A stretch of 64,000 nt of DNA from a candidate division WOR-3 bacterium (lineage in GTDB: Bacteria; Hydrothermota; Hydrothermia; JBDRYB01), in assembly GCA_039803205.1 (NCBI GenBank), contig JBDRYB010000001.1:171413-235412 (forward strand), in the 5' to 3' direction. Below the pieces are notes generated by a model. The model made no database searches, had not been told where the DNA came from, and worked only from the letters and a program-made list of their open reading frames with translations. Shown piece after piece: positions 39,869-49,473 of the stretch. A program made the translations under genes and the position numbers. Each line of letters starts with the position of its first letter. Position 1 is the first letter of the stretch.

Positions 39869-39953
39869 CTACCGGATGGCCATCTTGCCGGATTGGTTGC
39901 GGGTTACGGGTTGCGGGTTGCGGGTTGTCCAGATGTAGACCCCTGGCTCAAGG
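39869..39953 (-). pseudogene. Orphan 3' tail of a propeller-family gene
   Basis: Encodes LEPGVYIWTTRNPQPVTRNQSGKMAIR*, nearly identical to the end of 51067-52608. Confidence 0.85.
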
Positions 39954-39989
39954 CTCAGCGAGCCTAAAACCGCGCACCATTATTATCCT

Positions 39990-40763
39990 ATGCCAAGCTG
40001 CAAGAGGATGAGATTGCCGGAGGGCCTCGTGTCCGATATGGTTCGGAAGGGGCTTGGCCCGCAGGAGATAGGGGTCTATTTCGCCCTGATAGCTGACCCG
40101 CAAACCCATCCATCTGGGGTTGTCCTGAACCAGGAGATAACGAGAACGAGGCTCGGTTTGGCCAAGAAAACCTGGAACCGGGTCCTGAGGAGGCTGGAAA
40201 AGGCCGGTTTCGTGATCCCATCCAGGGAGGTAAAAGGGGTTTTGCTCGTCCCGGAGATGAGCTCCTACTGCCTCAGAACCCCCTCTCAGTTTCACAGGGC
40301 TTTACGAGAAATGGCTGGGGTTCCGGATGACATAGCGTCCCCGTGGAAGGAGAGATACAGGGAGGAACTTTCATCCGAAAGGAATAATAAAAGATCTTAT
40401 AATAAAAAACATGAGAAAAATAATACAAAAGATGTTCCTGAGGGATGCGCGAGGGCGAACGAGCTCGTTTCTGCCTTCGCGAGCGCGTGGAAAACCCAGA
40501 ACCCAGGGGTTCCTTTCTCAGGAGGAGGTGGGCTGGGAAGGTTCCTCAAATCAGCCCTGCGGGAACTCCAGCGAGATGGTTGCCCGGAACCGCAGGAGAC
40601 CATAAGAAAGACGATTGCCTATTGGTTCAATCCTCCCCCTGATCTGCACGGGTTCGCGAGCTCTGTCTCATACGGGTGGGAAGGGTTCATAAAGAAATAC
40701 CCGGAGCTCCTCAGGCGGGTTAGATACGACGAGAGGCCAACGCAAACGAGGAGGATCAATTGA
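39990..40763 (+). CDS. Putative phage-type replication initiator/organiser (HTH)
   Basis: N-terminal wHTH-like RTRLGLAKKTWNRVLRRLEKAGFV, N/K-rich linker, coupled to a downstream ATPase. Confidence 0.5.
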   Translation: MPSCKRMRLPEGLVSDMVRKGLGPQEIGVYFALIADPQTHPSGVVLNQEITRTRLGLAKKTWNRVLRRLEKAGFVIPSREVKGVLLVPEMSSYCLRTPSQFHRALREMAGVPDDIASPWKERYREELSSERNNKRSYNKKHEKNNTKDVPEGCARANELVSAFASAWKTQNPGVPFSGGGGLGRFLKSALRELQRDGCPEPQETIRKTIAYWFNPPPDLHGFASSVSYGWEGFIKKYPELLRRVRYDERPTQTRRIN

Positions 40764-41467
40764 TCATCGGTCCGGATTGCACATGCCTCGGCAGGGAGGA
40801 GAAGGCAGGGGATTGCTCGGCCCGAAAGGCCGACCTCTTGATACTCTCGGCATCGGGACCAGGAGAGATAGCCAGGTATTCGCCCTATTGCCGATACACC
40901 CAGGCCATCCTGGGCCCAAAGCGAGAGAGATACGCTGATATTGAAGCAACGAGGGTGATGATCTGGGGCGGATTCCCAAGGGAAATGGCGAAGGGAGCGA
41001 GGCTTTCGGATCTCCCCCCTGAGCTCCTTAAGTGGGATCACCCAAAGATCCTGTTTTTGACCGGAAGGCCAGGCGTCGGGAAGACCTGGGCCGCTGCCGC
41101 CCTCATCCGAAGGGAGCTTGGGGAGGCGATCCTGAAAGGCCCCCTTTGCTCCTATCCTACCGCCTTCGTCTATGCCCCCGATGTTCCGCCATTTTCCAGG
41201 GTCTACGACCTTCCGTGGATCGGCGCGGACCTCCTCCTCATAGATGACCTCCCATTATACGATGCCCATCGCGCCCCACTTTGGCAATCAATTTGCGATT
41301 TCAGATACAGGAACGGGCTGGGCATGCTCATAACAGCGAACACCGAGGCGATTGCCCTGAGCTCCATTGCCCCAAGCTGGAGGCCCGTGCTCTCAAGGCT
41401 ATTTGATGGGGAGCGCTCCTTGGCGATTGAGCTCTCAGGAGCAGACAGGAGGCTCAGAACCTCTTGA
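40760..41467 (+). CDS. DnaC/IstB-like AAA+ ATPase (helicase loader-like)
   Basis: Walker A GRPGVGKT, Walker B DLLLIDDL, RYRN...LITAN, SRL, LSGADRR; N-terminal Cys residues. Confidence 0.75.
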   Translation: MIIGPDCTCLGREEKAGDCSARKADLLILSASGPGEIARYSPYCRYTQAILGPKRERYADIEATRVMIWGGFPREMAKGARLSDLPPELLKWDHPKILFLTGRPGVGKTWAAAALIRRELGEAILKGPLCSYPTAFVYAPDVPPFSRVYDLPWIGADLLLIDDLPLYDAHRAPLWQSICDFRYRNGLGMLITANTEAIALSSIAPSWRPVLSRLFDGERSLAIELSGADRRLRTS

Positions 41468-41672
41468 TTATGAGGCTCAGTATCCAGAATATCACGCTGA
41501 GGACGAGCGAGACCAGGATCGCTGATGTTATGGGAAAGTAAAAGAAGAACCCCTCCCTCTTGATGATTATGTCCCCTGGGAGGCCCCCTCTCTTTAGTAT
41601 CAAAGCGAATGCGATGAGGACCGAACCAAAAGCGACAAGGACCGCTCCGAGGAGAACGAGGAACCTCCCCAT
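41454..41672 (-). CDS. DUF2905 family small membrane protein
   Basis: G.LPGDI.IKRE.F.FYFPITS.I..S. Confidence 0.85.
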   Translation of the reverse strand: MGRFLVLLGAVLVAFGSVLIAFALILKRGGLPGDIIIKREGFFFYFPITSAILVSLVLSVIFWILSLIIKRF

Positions 41673-41673
41673 G

Positions 41674-42741
41674 CTAAACCACGATGAGGTCCTTCGGAGA
41701 CCTCGTTATGACCTCAGCCTCAGGCTCCTTGACCCAAACCATGTCCTCTATCCTCACCCCGAACACTCCCTCAATGTATATGCCCGGCTCAACAGTCGTG
41801 ACCTCGCCGCCCTCAAGGGTGCAATCAGCCAGATACGAGAGGTGGGGGGCCTCGTGCACATCAAGCCCAACCCCGTGGCCGAGCCCGTGGCCGAACCGTT
41901 CCCCGAACCCTTTTTCGGCTATAAAATCCCTCGCCATGGCGTCCGCGTCCCTGCAGGAGAGGCCGGGCCTCAGGCCCACGATAGCCCTTTCCTGCGCCTC
42001 CTTTACTATACCGTATATCTCCGTGAAATCCTCTGGAGGGGAGGAAGGGCCTATCCAGATCGTTCTGGTCATGTCTGAGGCGTAGCCCATGAGCGAGGCG
42101 CCGAAATCAAGGAGCAGGACCGCGTTTTTCTCTATCACGGCATCCCTCGGCCTCGCGTGCGGGAGAGCGGAGTGGGGCCCGCCTGCCACTATGGTCGGAA
42201 AAGCCGGGCCATCAGCCCCTTCTTTTCTCATTAGGTAATCCATCTCAAGCGCGAGCTCGGCCTCCGTGATCTGGCCAGGCCTTATGTTATCAAGGACCCA
42301 GCTGAAGACCCTCTCCGTTATGGCCTGGGCTGAGGATATGGCCTTCACCTCATCCGGGCCCTTTATCTTTCTGAGCGCGTAGACAGCGCCCTTGAGGGGC
42401 AAGAAGGGAATCCCCAGCTTATCCTTGAACGCCTCGTATTGCTCGTATGTCATGGACTCAGGCTCAAAGTATAGCTCGGAAAGCCCTGAGAGGTATTCGG
42501 GGAGTTCCCTGAATATACCCTCGCTGGTTATGCGGATCCTGCACAGATCGCCTATTTCCTCCCTTGATTGTATATCATAACGAAAATCAGTAAAGAAGAC
42601 AGCCTCGTCCCCCCTTATCAAGAGGTAGGCTGATGAGCCCGAGAACCCGGTCAGGTATCGGATGTTCTTGATGTTGGTCACGAGAAACCCGGGTATTCCC
42701 CTGTCTGAGAGGGATTTCTTGAGGCGTTCCAGGTTGTTCAT
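41674..42741 (-). CDS. Xaa-Pro peptidase (M24B)
   Basis: NIRYLTGFSGS, SALPH, DFGA...SDMTRT, HGLGHGVGLDVHE, EPGIY, GVRIED. Confidence 0.93.
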   Translation of the reverse strand: MNNLERLKKSLSDRGIPGFLVTNIKNIRYLTGFSGSSAYLLIRGDEAVFFTDFRYDIQSREEIGDLCRIRITSEGIFRELPEYLSGLSELYFEPESMTYEQYEAFKDKLGIPFLPLKGAVYALRKIKGPDEVKAISSAQAITERVFSWVLDNIRPGQITEAELALEMDYLMRKEGADGPAFPTIVAGGPHSALPHARPRDAVIEKNAVLLLDFGASLMGYASDMTRTIWIGPSSPPEDFTEIYGIVKEAQERAIVGLRPGLSCRDADAMARDFIAEKGFGERFGHGLGHGVGLDVHEAPHLSYLADCTLEGGEVTTVEPGIYIEGVFGVRIEDMVWVKEPEAEVITRSPKDLIVV

Positions 42742-44915
42742 CTGCGGAATATCCTCTTCCAGAACCCGCGCTTCTCGTAATACTTGCCCGTGTATCGCTT
42801 TATCTCAAGCGGGACATCGTTGAACACGGTTCCGAGGAGCCTTATGCTCCCTGTTCTCAGCCTCTCTGCGGCCTCCGCCACATTGCCCTTCCTGCTGAAC
42901 CCGTATCTGACGACGAGTATGACCCCTGATGCCCATCTGGCCATGTGCACGGCGTCGACAACCGGGAGGACGGGGGGGCAATCAAACATGATGCAATCAA
43001 ATCTCCCTTTGGTTTCCATGACCAGCCTGGTGAGGTTCTCGCGCCCAAGGAGGGCTGAGGGATCCGGGGGAACGGTTCCGCCTGGGATCACGGCGAGCCC
43101 ATCCAGAGAAACAACCACATCATCCGGCCTGGCTTTTCCTACCAGGATGTCGGAGAGCCCAGGGGCCAAGGGAACGCCGAATATCTCGTGGAGCCGGGGC
43201 TTCCTCATGTCCCCGTCAACGAGGAGAACCCTCTTCCCCATGCCCGAGAGGGCCCTTGCCACCCCAACCGCGACCGTGCTCTTTCCCTCGCCGGCCGCTG
43301 GGCTGGTTATCACGATGACCTTGGTGGGGTCCTCTGTGGGGATGTAGTCAAGCGATAGCCCGAGCAATTTGAAGGATTCCTCCATGAAGACCCTGGATGA
43401 GCCTGAATCAGCGGCCCTCGGGATCACGGAGAGGCAAGTCGCCTTCGTCAGGCGCTCGAGGACCTTCTTGCTCCTAACGCTAACATCCAGGGACTCCGAT
43501 ATGAATATCCCCAGAATTGAGAGGAGCAGACCAGCCAAAAACCCCATGGCCGCGTTGAATCTCTTTCTGGGCTGGACGGGATAAGGGTCAGGAAGGGCTG
43601 AATCCACCATGACGATGATGCCCGTTTCCTGATTCTCGTTTATCTTTATCTCGTAAAGGTTCTTCGTAAGGGCAGAGTAGACCTCCTCTCCTGCATCAAC
43701 CTTGGCCGCGAGGCGCTCAATCTCTATAATCCTCGCTGGCAGGTCCCTCATCTGAGCCGCGTATCTCCCGTATAGCGCATCAAGCTCCTCAAGCCTCTTC
43801 TGGTAGATCGCCATCCTGTTCGCTATTACGGCCTGCTCCAGGGTGTTTATCTGGGAATCAAGTAGCATTATCGTCGGATGATCGGGTTTATACATGGAAA
43901 GGAGCTTTGCCTTTTCGTTCCTGAGGTTGATGAGGTCAGCCTCCATCATTGAGTATGATGTATCCGGCAAAAGTTTCTTTGATCTTTCGTATGCTGACGG
44001 ATACTGCTTTCTCAGGATCTCAAGCGCGGTCCTCGTCTCCATCCGCTCCTTCTCTATTTCATCAATGGCCCCGAGGATTATCTGGCTCTGGGCAGTTGGC
44101 TCAAACACCCCATACTGCTTTCGCATTTCCACCAAGAGGTCGCCAAGCGAATCCAGCTCGTGCCTCATGTCAGCCAACTGCTCCTCGAGGAACCTTCTCA
44201 TGAGCCTGGAGCGCTCCTTGTCCATTTCCATTATGAACCTGGAGTATTCCCTCGCGTAGGCATTTGTCAGCATTGCGGCCTTCTCCGGCGTCTCAGCGGT
44301 GAGCATGAGGGACATTATCTCGGTCGGCCCCTCCATGAGGACCATCACCCTGCCCTGGAGGTCTCCTGCAACGGCCTGAAGGTCCACGATGTTTATGGAT
44401 ACCCTTTGGCCAGGCTCCAGGCCCTCTGCCTTCACGGTGAATGACCAGTTCTCAACAGGGGTCGGCTCCCCGAACCTCCCGCGCCCAACGAGCTTCCCAT
44501 CCCTTTCAACCCTGAAGCTGTCCCCTTGGGATATTATGGTGTATGACCCCCCTTTGAAGCTATCGGGGAAACTGCAATCGCAGAAGCTTATCTCGGCTCC
44601 GGGGGGCTTTTCGGCCACGAATATGTTCAGGCCAAGTCTTCTTGCGACATTCTCCGCTATAATCCTGCTCTTTATGAGATTCACTTGGGTCTGGAAGGGA
44701 TCTGCCACGAAGAAAGGGGTTCCTACCGCTGTTTTGAGGACGCTTGTTGACCTCGCGAGGTCAACCCTCATCCTGGCTGTTCCCTGATAAACCGGCTTCG
44801 TCGTGAACGATACCACCAAGGAAGCACCAACCGAACCGAGCATTATCGCCGCCACCATTAACCAGTGCTTCTTGAAGAGCTCCCAGTAAAACCTTATCTC
44901 TTTCCTGTCCTCCAT
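42738..44915 (-). CDS. wzc: Polysaccharide co-polymerase / BY tyrosine autokinase
   Basis: Two TMs with a coiled-coil between; ITSPAAGEGKST, VDGDMRKP, DCPPVL; short Tyr cluster YTGKYY. Confidence 0.88.
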   Translation of the reverse strand: MEDRKEIRFYWELFKKHWLMVAAIMLGSVGASLVVSFTTKPVYQGTARMRVDLARSTSVLKTAVGTPFFVADPFQTQVNLIKSRIIAENVARRLGLNIFVAEKPPGAEISFCDCSFPDSFKGGSYTIISQGDSFRVERDGKLVGRGRFGEPTPVENWSFTVKAEGLEPGQRVSINIVDLQAVAGDLQGRVMVLMEGPTEIMSLMLTAETPEKAAMLTNAYAREYSRFIMEMDKERSRLMRRFLEEQLADMRHELDSLGDLLVEMRKQYGVFEPTAQSQIILGAIDEIEKERMETRTALEILRKQYPSAYERSKKLLPDTSYSMMEADLINLRNEKAKLLSMYKPDHPTIMLLDSQINTLEQAVIANRMAIYQKRLEELDALYGRYAAQMRDLPARIIEIERLAAKVDAGEEVYSALTKNLYEIKINENQETGIIVMVDSALPDPYPVQPRKRFNAAMGFLAGLLLSILGIFISESLDVSVRSKKVLERLTKATCLSVIPRAADSGSSRVFMEESFKLLGLSLDYIPTEDPTKVIVITSPAAGEGKSTVAVGVARALSGMGKRVLLVDGDMRKPRLHEIFGVPLAPGLSDILVGKARPDDVVVSLDGLAVIPGGTVPPDPSALLGRENLTRLVMETKGRFDCIMFDCPPVLPVVDAVHMARWASGVILVVRYGFSRKGNVAEAAERLRTGSIRLLGTVFNDVPLEIKRYTGKYYEKRGFWKRIFRR

Positions 44916-44921
44916 AGCGCC

Positions 44922-45500
44922 CTATCGGTTCATCAAGAGGTAAACGGATATTCCAACTGATACTCCGGTTGCCAGCATGTAGAAGATGCCTGACCAGCCT
45001 CCCCACTTTGAGAGGAGGGTTCTCGGCACATATATGATGTCTCCGGATTCAACCCCAGCCTCAATCGCGGACTGGCCTTTCTTCATCGCCGCGTTCAGGT
45101 TGACCCTGGCCGCTGAGCCCTTCTTTATTAGGGAGACCCTTCCGAGGTCTCCTGATGGCGTTGGCCCCCCTGCCAGGGCCACTATCTCAAGGATGGTCTC
45201 GGAGCCCGTGATGTAGTATTCCCTCGGGCCGAAAACCTCCCCTGTGACATAGACCCTGAAGAGGGGCTCAAGGGTCAACTGCGGGTTGTTGTAGTATGTC
45301 TCGTAAGCCTTCTCCAGCTCAGCCCTGAGAGCCTCGGCCTCCTTTCCCCCGGCCGTGACCTTGCCCAGAATGGGTAGGTAGCAACTGCCGTCCTCCAGCA
45401 CCCGGTATTGGCCGGATATCATGGTGTCCGGCCAGAGGTAGACCCTTATCATGTCACCAGGGGCAAGAACAATGGCCGTAAGCCAAGGCAATAGAATCAT
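44922..45500 (-). CDS. Polysaccharide export protein (Poly_export plus SLBB, Wza-like)
   Basis: LAPGD.I, DG..YLP.LG.V..GG, VYVTGEV..P, ALAGGP, SGDIIYVP; no lipobox. Confidence 0.85.
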   Translation of the reverse strand: MILLPWLTAIVLAPGDMIRVYLWPDTMISGQYRVLEDGSCYLPILGKVTAGGKEAEALRAELEKAYETYYNNPQLTLEPLFRVYVTGEVFGPREYYITGSETILEIVALAGGPTPSGDLGRVSLIKKGSAARVNLNAAMKKGQSAIEAGVESGDIIYVPRTLLSKWGGWSGIFYMLATGVSVGISVYLLMNR

Positions 45501-45655
45501 GCTTAGAGGGCAAATGATAAAGAAAACGGATATGACCGCGCAAGCTCCCTTTTCACCTGCCCGGCCCTTCTGTTAAAGGCCGAATCCGGGCCAGCGCGGC
45601 TGGTTGATCCTCACCGCGGGCTCGGATTATCATTTGAGCGCAAAGGAGGTCTCTG

Positions 45656-48340
45656 ATGCTTCTGGAAATACTCATAGCGAGCCAAACCCTCCCCGGCCTC
45701 TACTTTGAGAGCGGCACGGAGGGCACCTGGGCAAAGATATACACGGGAACAGAGTGGATAAACGAGAAACCCATGAGGAGCCAGCCCATCCCCCCGAAGG
45801 TAGCTGACACGGCCGTGCTCTGGGTTGACAGGAACCACGGAAACGCGGTGGCTGAGCATGTGGCAATAACAGGGGACGGGATGCACATCTTCGCTGGATG
45901 GTGGTTGAACAACAAGCGGGTTTCCGCATACAGGACCCTCGGGACGAATGTCCCCATATGGATGGACAGCCTTCCGGACGCTGAGTGGCAGATAAGGGTT
46001 GACGCATCAAGGGTTGACAAGTTCACATCCGCTGTCCCCGGCCACCCAACCATGGATTGCTACGATAAGGGCTCGGCCACGCCCCTCTGGGAGTTCCGCT
46101 ATCCACCGGGATTCCGGGCCGCGGGCTGGAAGACCTCGGCTGTCTCCTACGATGGCGCTGTTGCCGCATTCATAGGCTCAAACGGCGCTGTTGGCAAGGT
46201 ATGGGTCCTCTCCACAGCCACCGGCGAAACCCTGTGGACAAGGGAGTTCAGCTACGCGAGAGGACCATACGGAGTTGATCTCTCCTCAGATGGCTCGGTC
46301 TGCCTGGTCACATGCTACGACTCCTGCTTCGTCTACGAAAACGGCACCCTGAGGGGCAACTTCTACCACTACGGCCAGGTTCCCTCGGCCATATCTGGCG
46401 ATGGGTCCATAGTGGCGTCCGCCAACTACAACGCTACGGTTCAGGTATGGCAGTGGAACGGATCATCCTATGTTCTCCTTTGGCAGAACAGCGTGGGAAA
46501 CACCTGGGCCACATCTGTTGATGTCTCGCGAGATGGCTCAACCATAGCCTGCGGAACAGGATACAGCAACGGAACCCTGAGGGTATATGACATCTCCTCC
46601 TCTACCCCGCTCTGGACATACGCTGGATACGGCGGATACGGCTCAGGGGTCTGGGCCGTGGCCGTTTCCGGGGACGGAGGGCACATCATTGCCGCATCCT
46701 ACGGGGACACCCTTCCAAACGACACATTCAAGGTTTTAACCGTTCACGACAGGTCCTCATCTGTGCCCCTCCTGACCGTGAACGGCCAGCAGGAGCCCGG
46801 CTCATTGTTCTCGTGCGACATATCCGATGACGGGGTATACGCTACGGCCGGAGGAAAGGCTGTCCACGCATACACCCTTGGCAACGGCGGCGAGGTCTAC
46901 GCGATAATCATAGGGGCTTCGCCCTCGGCGAATGTGGGGACAGAGGCGATACTCTCGCCCCCCAAGTGGGTTCAGCTTTCGGGCAACTACCAGGTCCAAG
47001 CCAGGTTCAGGAACTACGGGGATTCCCCCGCGAGCTTCCCCGTTTATTTCAGGATAGACACGGCCGGCGGAACCGTCTACTCATCCTCCTCAAGCATAAC
47101 CAACCTCGGCCCAGGCTCTCCTCAGACCATAACATTCTCTCCGAACTGGACCCCCCCGAACTACAACCTCTACACAGCCTACGCCTGGACAGAGCTCAGT
47201 GGGGATGGCTACCACGGGGATGATACGGTTTCCCTGACAATAAAGTGCTTCCACGATGCTATGGCTGTTAGCATAGATCAGCCTTTTGACACCATAACCG
47301 TGAATCAGCCCTTTACCCCAGGGGTGACCGTCAAAAACAACGGTTCATACACGGAATCCTTCAGGGTGATCCTCAACATTTACGATTCCTATATGACGCT
47401 CATATACTCGGATACAGCGGTCTCATCCCCCATAGCGCCAGACGCGCAGACGAGGGTGACATTCTCCCCCCAGTGGGCGCCGCCAGCGATAGGATCATAT
47501 ACCGCGGAGGCGATAGCTGAGGTCACGGACAACTACTACACGGACAACGACACGGTGAGAAAGCCTTTTGAGGCTACCTACGAGATCATATACGACGATG
47601 GGGTTCCGGAGGCCTACTATGTGGTCAGCTTCTCGGACGACAACAACAAGTTCGCTGTCCGCTTCACACCGACCATAGACCCACCCCTTTACATAACCCA
47701 GGGCAGGATATATGTGAACCAGGCGGGAAAGCCCTTTGACTATGTGATACTCTGCCCTGATGCTGGAGGCCGCCCTGACACGGCCGCTCCCTATGATACG
47801 GTATACAATGTCTCGGCGCCCTCAGCCCCAGCCTGGGCCTTCTTTGATTTCAGCCCGGACATATATCTCACATCCGGGTCCGACATATGGCTCGTCATCC
47901 ACTGGCCCTCATCAAGCCCGGGCGCTCCAGGGGTCGGGGCTGACAACAACTGGTTCGTGGACACAAGGAGCTGGTGGTATAACAACTCATCGGGCTGGAA
48001 CAACTGGACATCCCACGACTGGATGATCAGGGTGACCCAGGACACGGCCCCATCAGATGTCGCTGAGCCCCCGGACAATCTGAGGTTCTGGGTTGGAATG
48101 CCTTCCCCAAATCCAGCGAGGGGCCAAGCCATCCTCTCATACAGCTTGCCGGACGAGACCGATGTTGAGGTAAAGCTATATACGGTTGACGGGAGGCTGG
48201 CGAAGGAGCTCTTCTCAGGGAGAGAGGGGCCCGGAGTCCACAACCTGAGCCTGGCTCTGGATGTGCCGAACGGGGTCTATTTCCTGAGGCTCAGAGCCGG
48301 GAACCAGAAAGCACTGAGGAAGCTGGCTATCCTGCGCTAG
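45656..48340 (+). CDS. Secreted beta-propeller with two CARDB-like domains and T9SS CTD
   Basis: Repeats V.VS.DG; V.N.G...F.V Ig-like modules; CTD PSPNP...LYTVDGRL...PNGVYFLRL. Confidence 0.8.
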   Translation: MLLEILIASQTLPGLYFESGTEGTWAKIYTGTEWINEKPMRSQPIPPKVADTAVLWVDRNHGNAVAEHVAITGDGMHIFAGWWLNNKRVSAYRTLGTNVPIWMDSLPDAEWQIRVDASRVDKFTSAVPGHPTMDCYDKGSATPLWEFRYPPGFRAAGWKTSAVSYDGAVAAFIGSNGAVGKVWVLSTATGETLWTREFSYARGPYGVDLSSDGSVCLVTCYDSCFVYENGTLRGNFYHYGQVPSAISGDGSIVASANYNATVQVWQWNGSSYVLLWQNSVGNTWATSVDVSRDGSTIACGTGYSNGTLRVYDISSSTPLWTYAGYGGYGSGVWAVAVSGDGGHIIAASYGDTLPNDTFKVLTVHDRSSSVPLLTVNGQQEPGSLFSCDISDDGVYATAGGKAVHAYTLGNGGEVYAIIIGASPSANVGTEAILSPPKWVQLSGNYQVQARFRNYGDSPASFPVYFRIDTAGGTVYSSSSSITNLGPGSPQTITFSPNWTPPNYNLYTAYAWTELSGDGYHGDDTVSLTIKCFHDAMAVSIDQPFDTITVNQPFTPGVTVKNNGSYTESFRVILNIYDSYMTLIYSDTAVSSPIAPDAQTRVTFSPQWAPPAIGSYTAEAIAEVTDNYYTDNDTVRKPFEATYEIIYDDGVPEAYYVVSFSDDNNKFAVRFTPTIDPPLYITQGRIYVNQAGKPFDYVILCPDAGGRPDTAAPYDTVYNVSAPSAPAWAFFDFSPDIYLTSGSDIWLVIHWPSSSPGAPGVGADNNWFVDTRSWWYNNSSGWNNWTSHDWMIRVTQDTAPSDVAEPPDNLRFWVGMPSPNPARGQAILSYSLPDETDVEVKLYTVDGRLAKELFSGREGPGVHNLSLALDVPNGVYFLRLRAGNQKALRKLAILR

Positions 48341-48389
48341 ATCCTTCAAGGAGGCGCAGATATGCAACGAGGAGGATAACCGTTATCAG

Positions 48390-49445
48390 GTGAGCCAGAA
48401 CCAGGAGCGAGGCCTCTACATCCACATCCCTTTTTGCCAGAGCAGGTGCCCCTATTGCTCGTTCTACTCCGAAACGGGCCTTCACCTGAGCGATGATTTC
48501 CTGGAGGCCCTGGCTAATGAGGCTCAGGAATTCAAGGGTTATTGCTTCTCAACATGCTACATAGGCGGTGGGACCCCTTCAGTTCTGTCTCCGGATCAAA
48601 CAGAGAGGCTGTTCGGGATAATCCGAGAGAACTTTGAGCTGGACCGGGGCGCTGAGATAACGGTTGAGGTCAACCCGGAGTCCGCGACCGGGGATCTTCT
48701 CAGAACGCTAAAAGGCCTGGGTGCGAACAGGCTCTCTGTGGGCGCGCAGTCCACCTGGGACAGCGAGCTGGAGCGCCTCGGCAGAAGGCACAGGAACTCG
48801 GACACGATAAGGTGCGTGGAGAACGCCTTGGCCGTGGGCTTCTCAAACATAAACCTTGACCTCATCTTCGGGTTCATCGGCCAGACAGAGGAAAGCTGGA
48901 GAAAGAGCCTCGTGCGGGCCACAGAGCTCCCAATAACCCACATATCAACATACGCCCTGAGCCCACACGGAGGGGTTGAGGAGCTCTCCGAGGAAGAGAT
49001 CATCGTCATGTATGAGATTAGGGACGAGGTCTTGGGCGCTCGCGGCTTCCTGAGATACGAGATAAGCAACTACGCGAGGCCCGGCTACGAATCCGTGCAC
49101 AACCTTATATACTGGCGCCGCAAGGAATACCTGGGCCTCGGGCCCTCTGCCTCAAGCTTCATGGGAAACCGGAGGTGGAGGAACGAACCGGATCTTGAGC
49201 TTTACCTGAAGGCCCCTCCTTTCCAGAGAGAGGAAGAAACCCTCACGCCGGAGCAGGCCAGGCTTGAGGAGATATTCCTGGGGCTCAGGCTCTCTGATGG
49301 GATCGATCTTGGGATCTCGGAGCTCCCGGAGGAACTCGTGGGCCTCGTAGAAATAAAGAACCGCCGGGTCTCCTTGACCCCAAAAGGGGTTCTCGTCTCA
49401 GACCGGGTCGCGCTGGAGCTGTTTGAGGTGCTCGGAAACCAATGA
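48390..49445 (+). CDS. hemW: Radical SAM heme chaperone HemW
   Basis: LYIHIPFCQSRCPYCSF, GGGTPS, YEISNYA, HNLIYW. Confidence 0.9.
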   Translation: MSQNQERGLYIHIPFCQSRCPYCSFYSETGLHLSDDFLEALANEAQEFKGYCFSTCYIGGGTPSVLSPDQTERLFGIIRENFELDRGAEITVEVNPESATGDLLRTLKGLGANRLSVGAQSTWDSELERLGRRHRNSDTIRCVENALAVGFSNINLDLIFGFIGQTEESWRKSLVRATELPITHISTYALSPHGGVEELSEEEIIVMYEIRDEVLGARGFLRYEISNYARPGYESVHNLIYWRRKEYLGLGPSASSFMGNRRWRNEPDLELYLKAPPFQREEETLTPEQARLEEIFLGLRLSDGIDLGISELPEELVGLVEIKNRRVSLTPKGVLVSDRVALELFEVLGNQ

Positions 49446-49473
49446 TTCCCGTCCTTTTATCTGCGAATAATCC

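Noticed and set aside
40760..41467. IS21 element
   Set aside because: No DDE transposase (IstA) or terminal inverted repeats seen.
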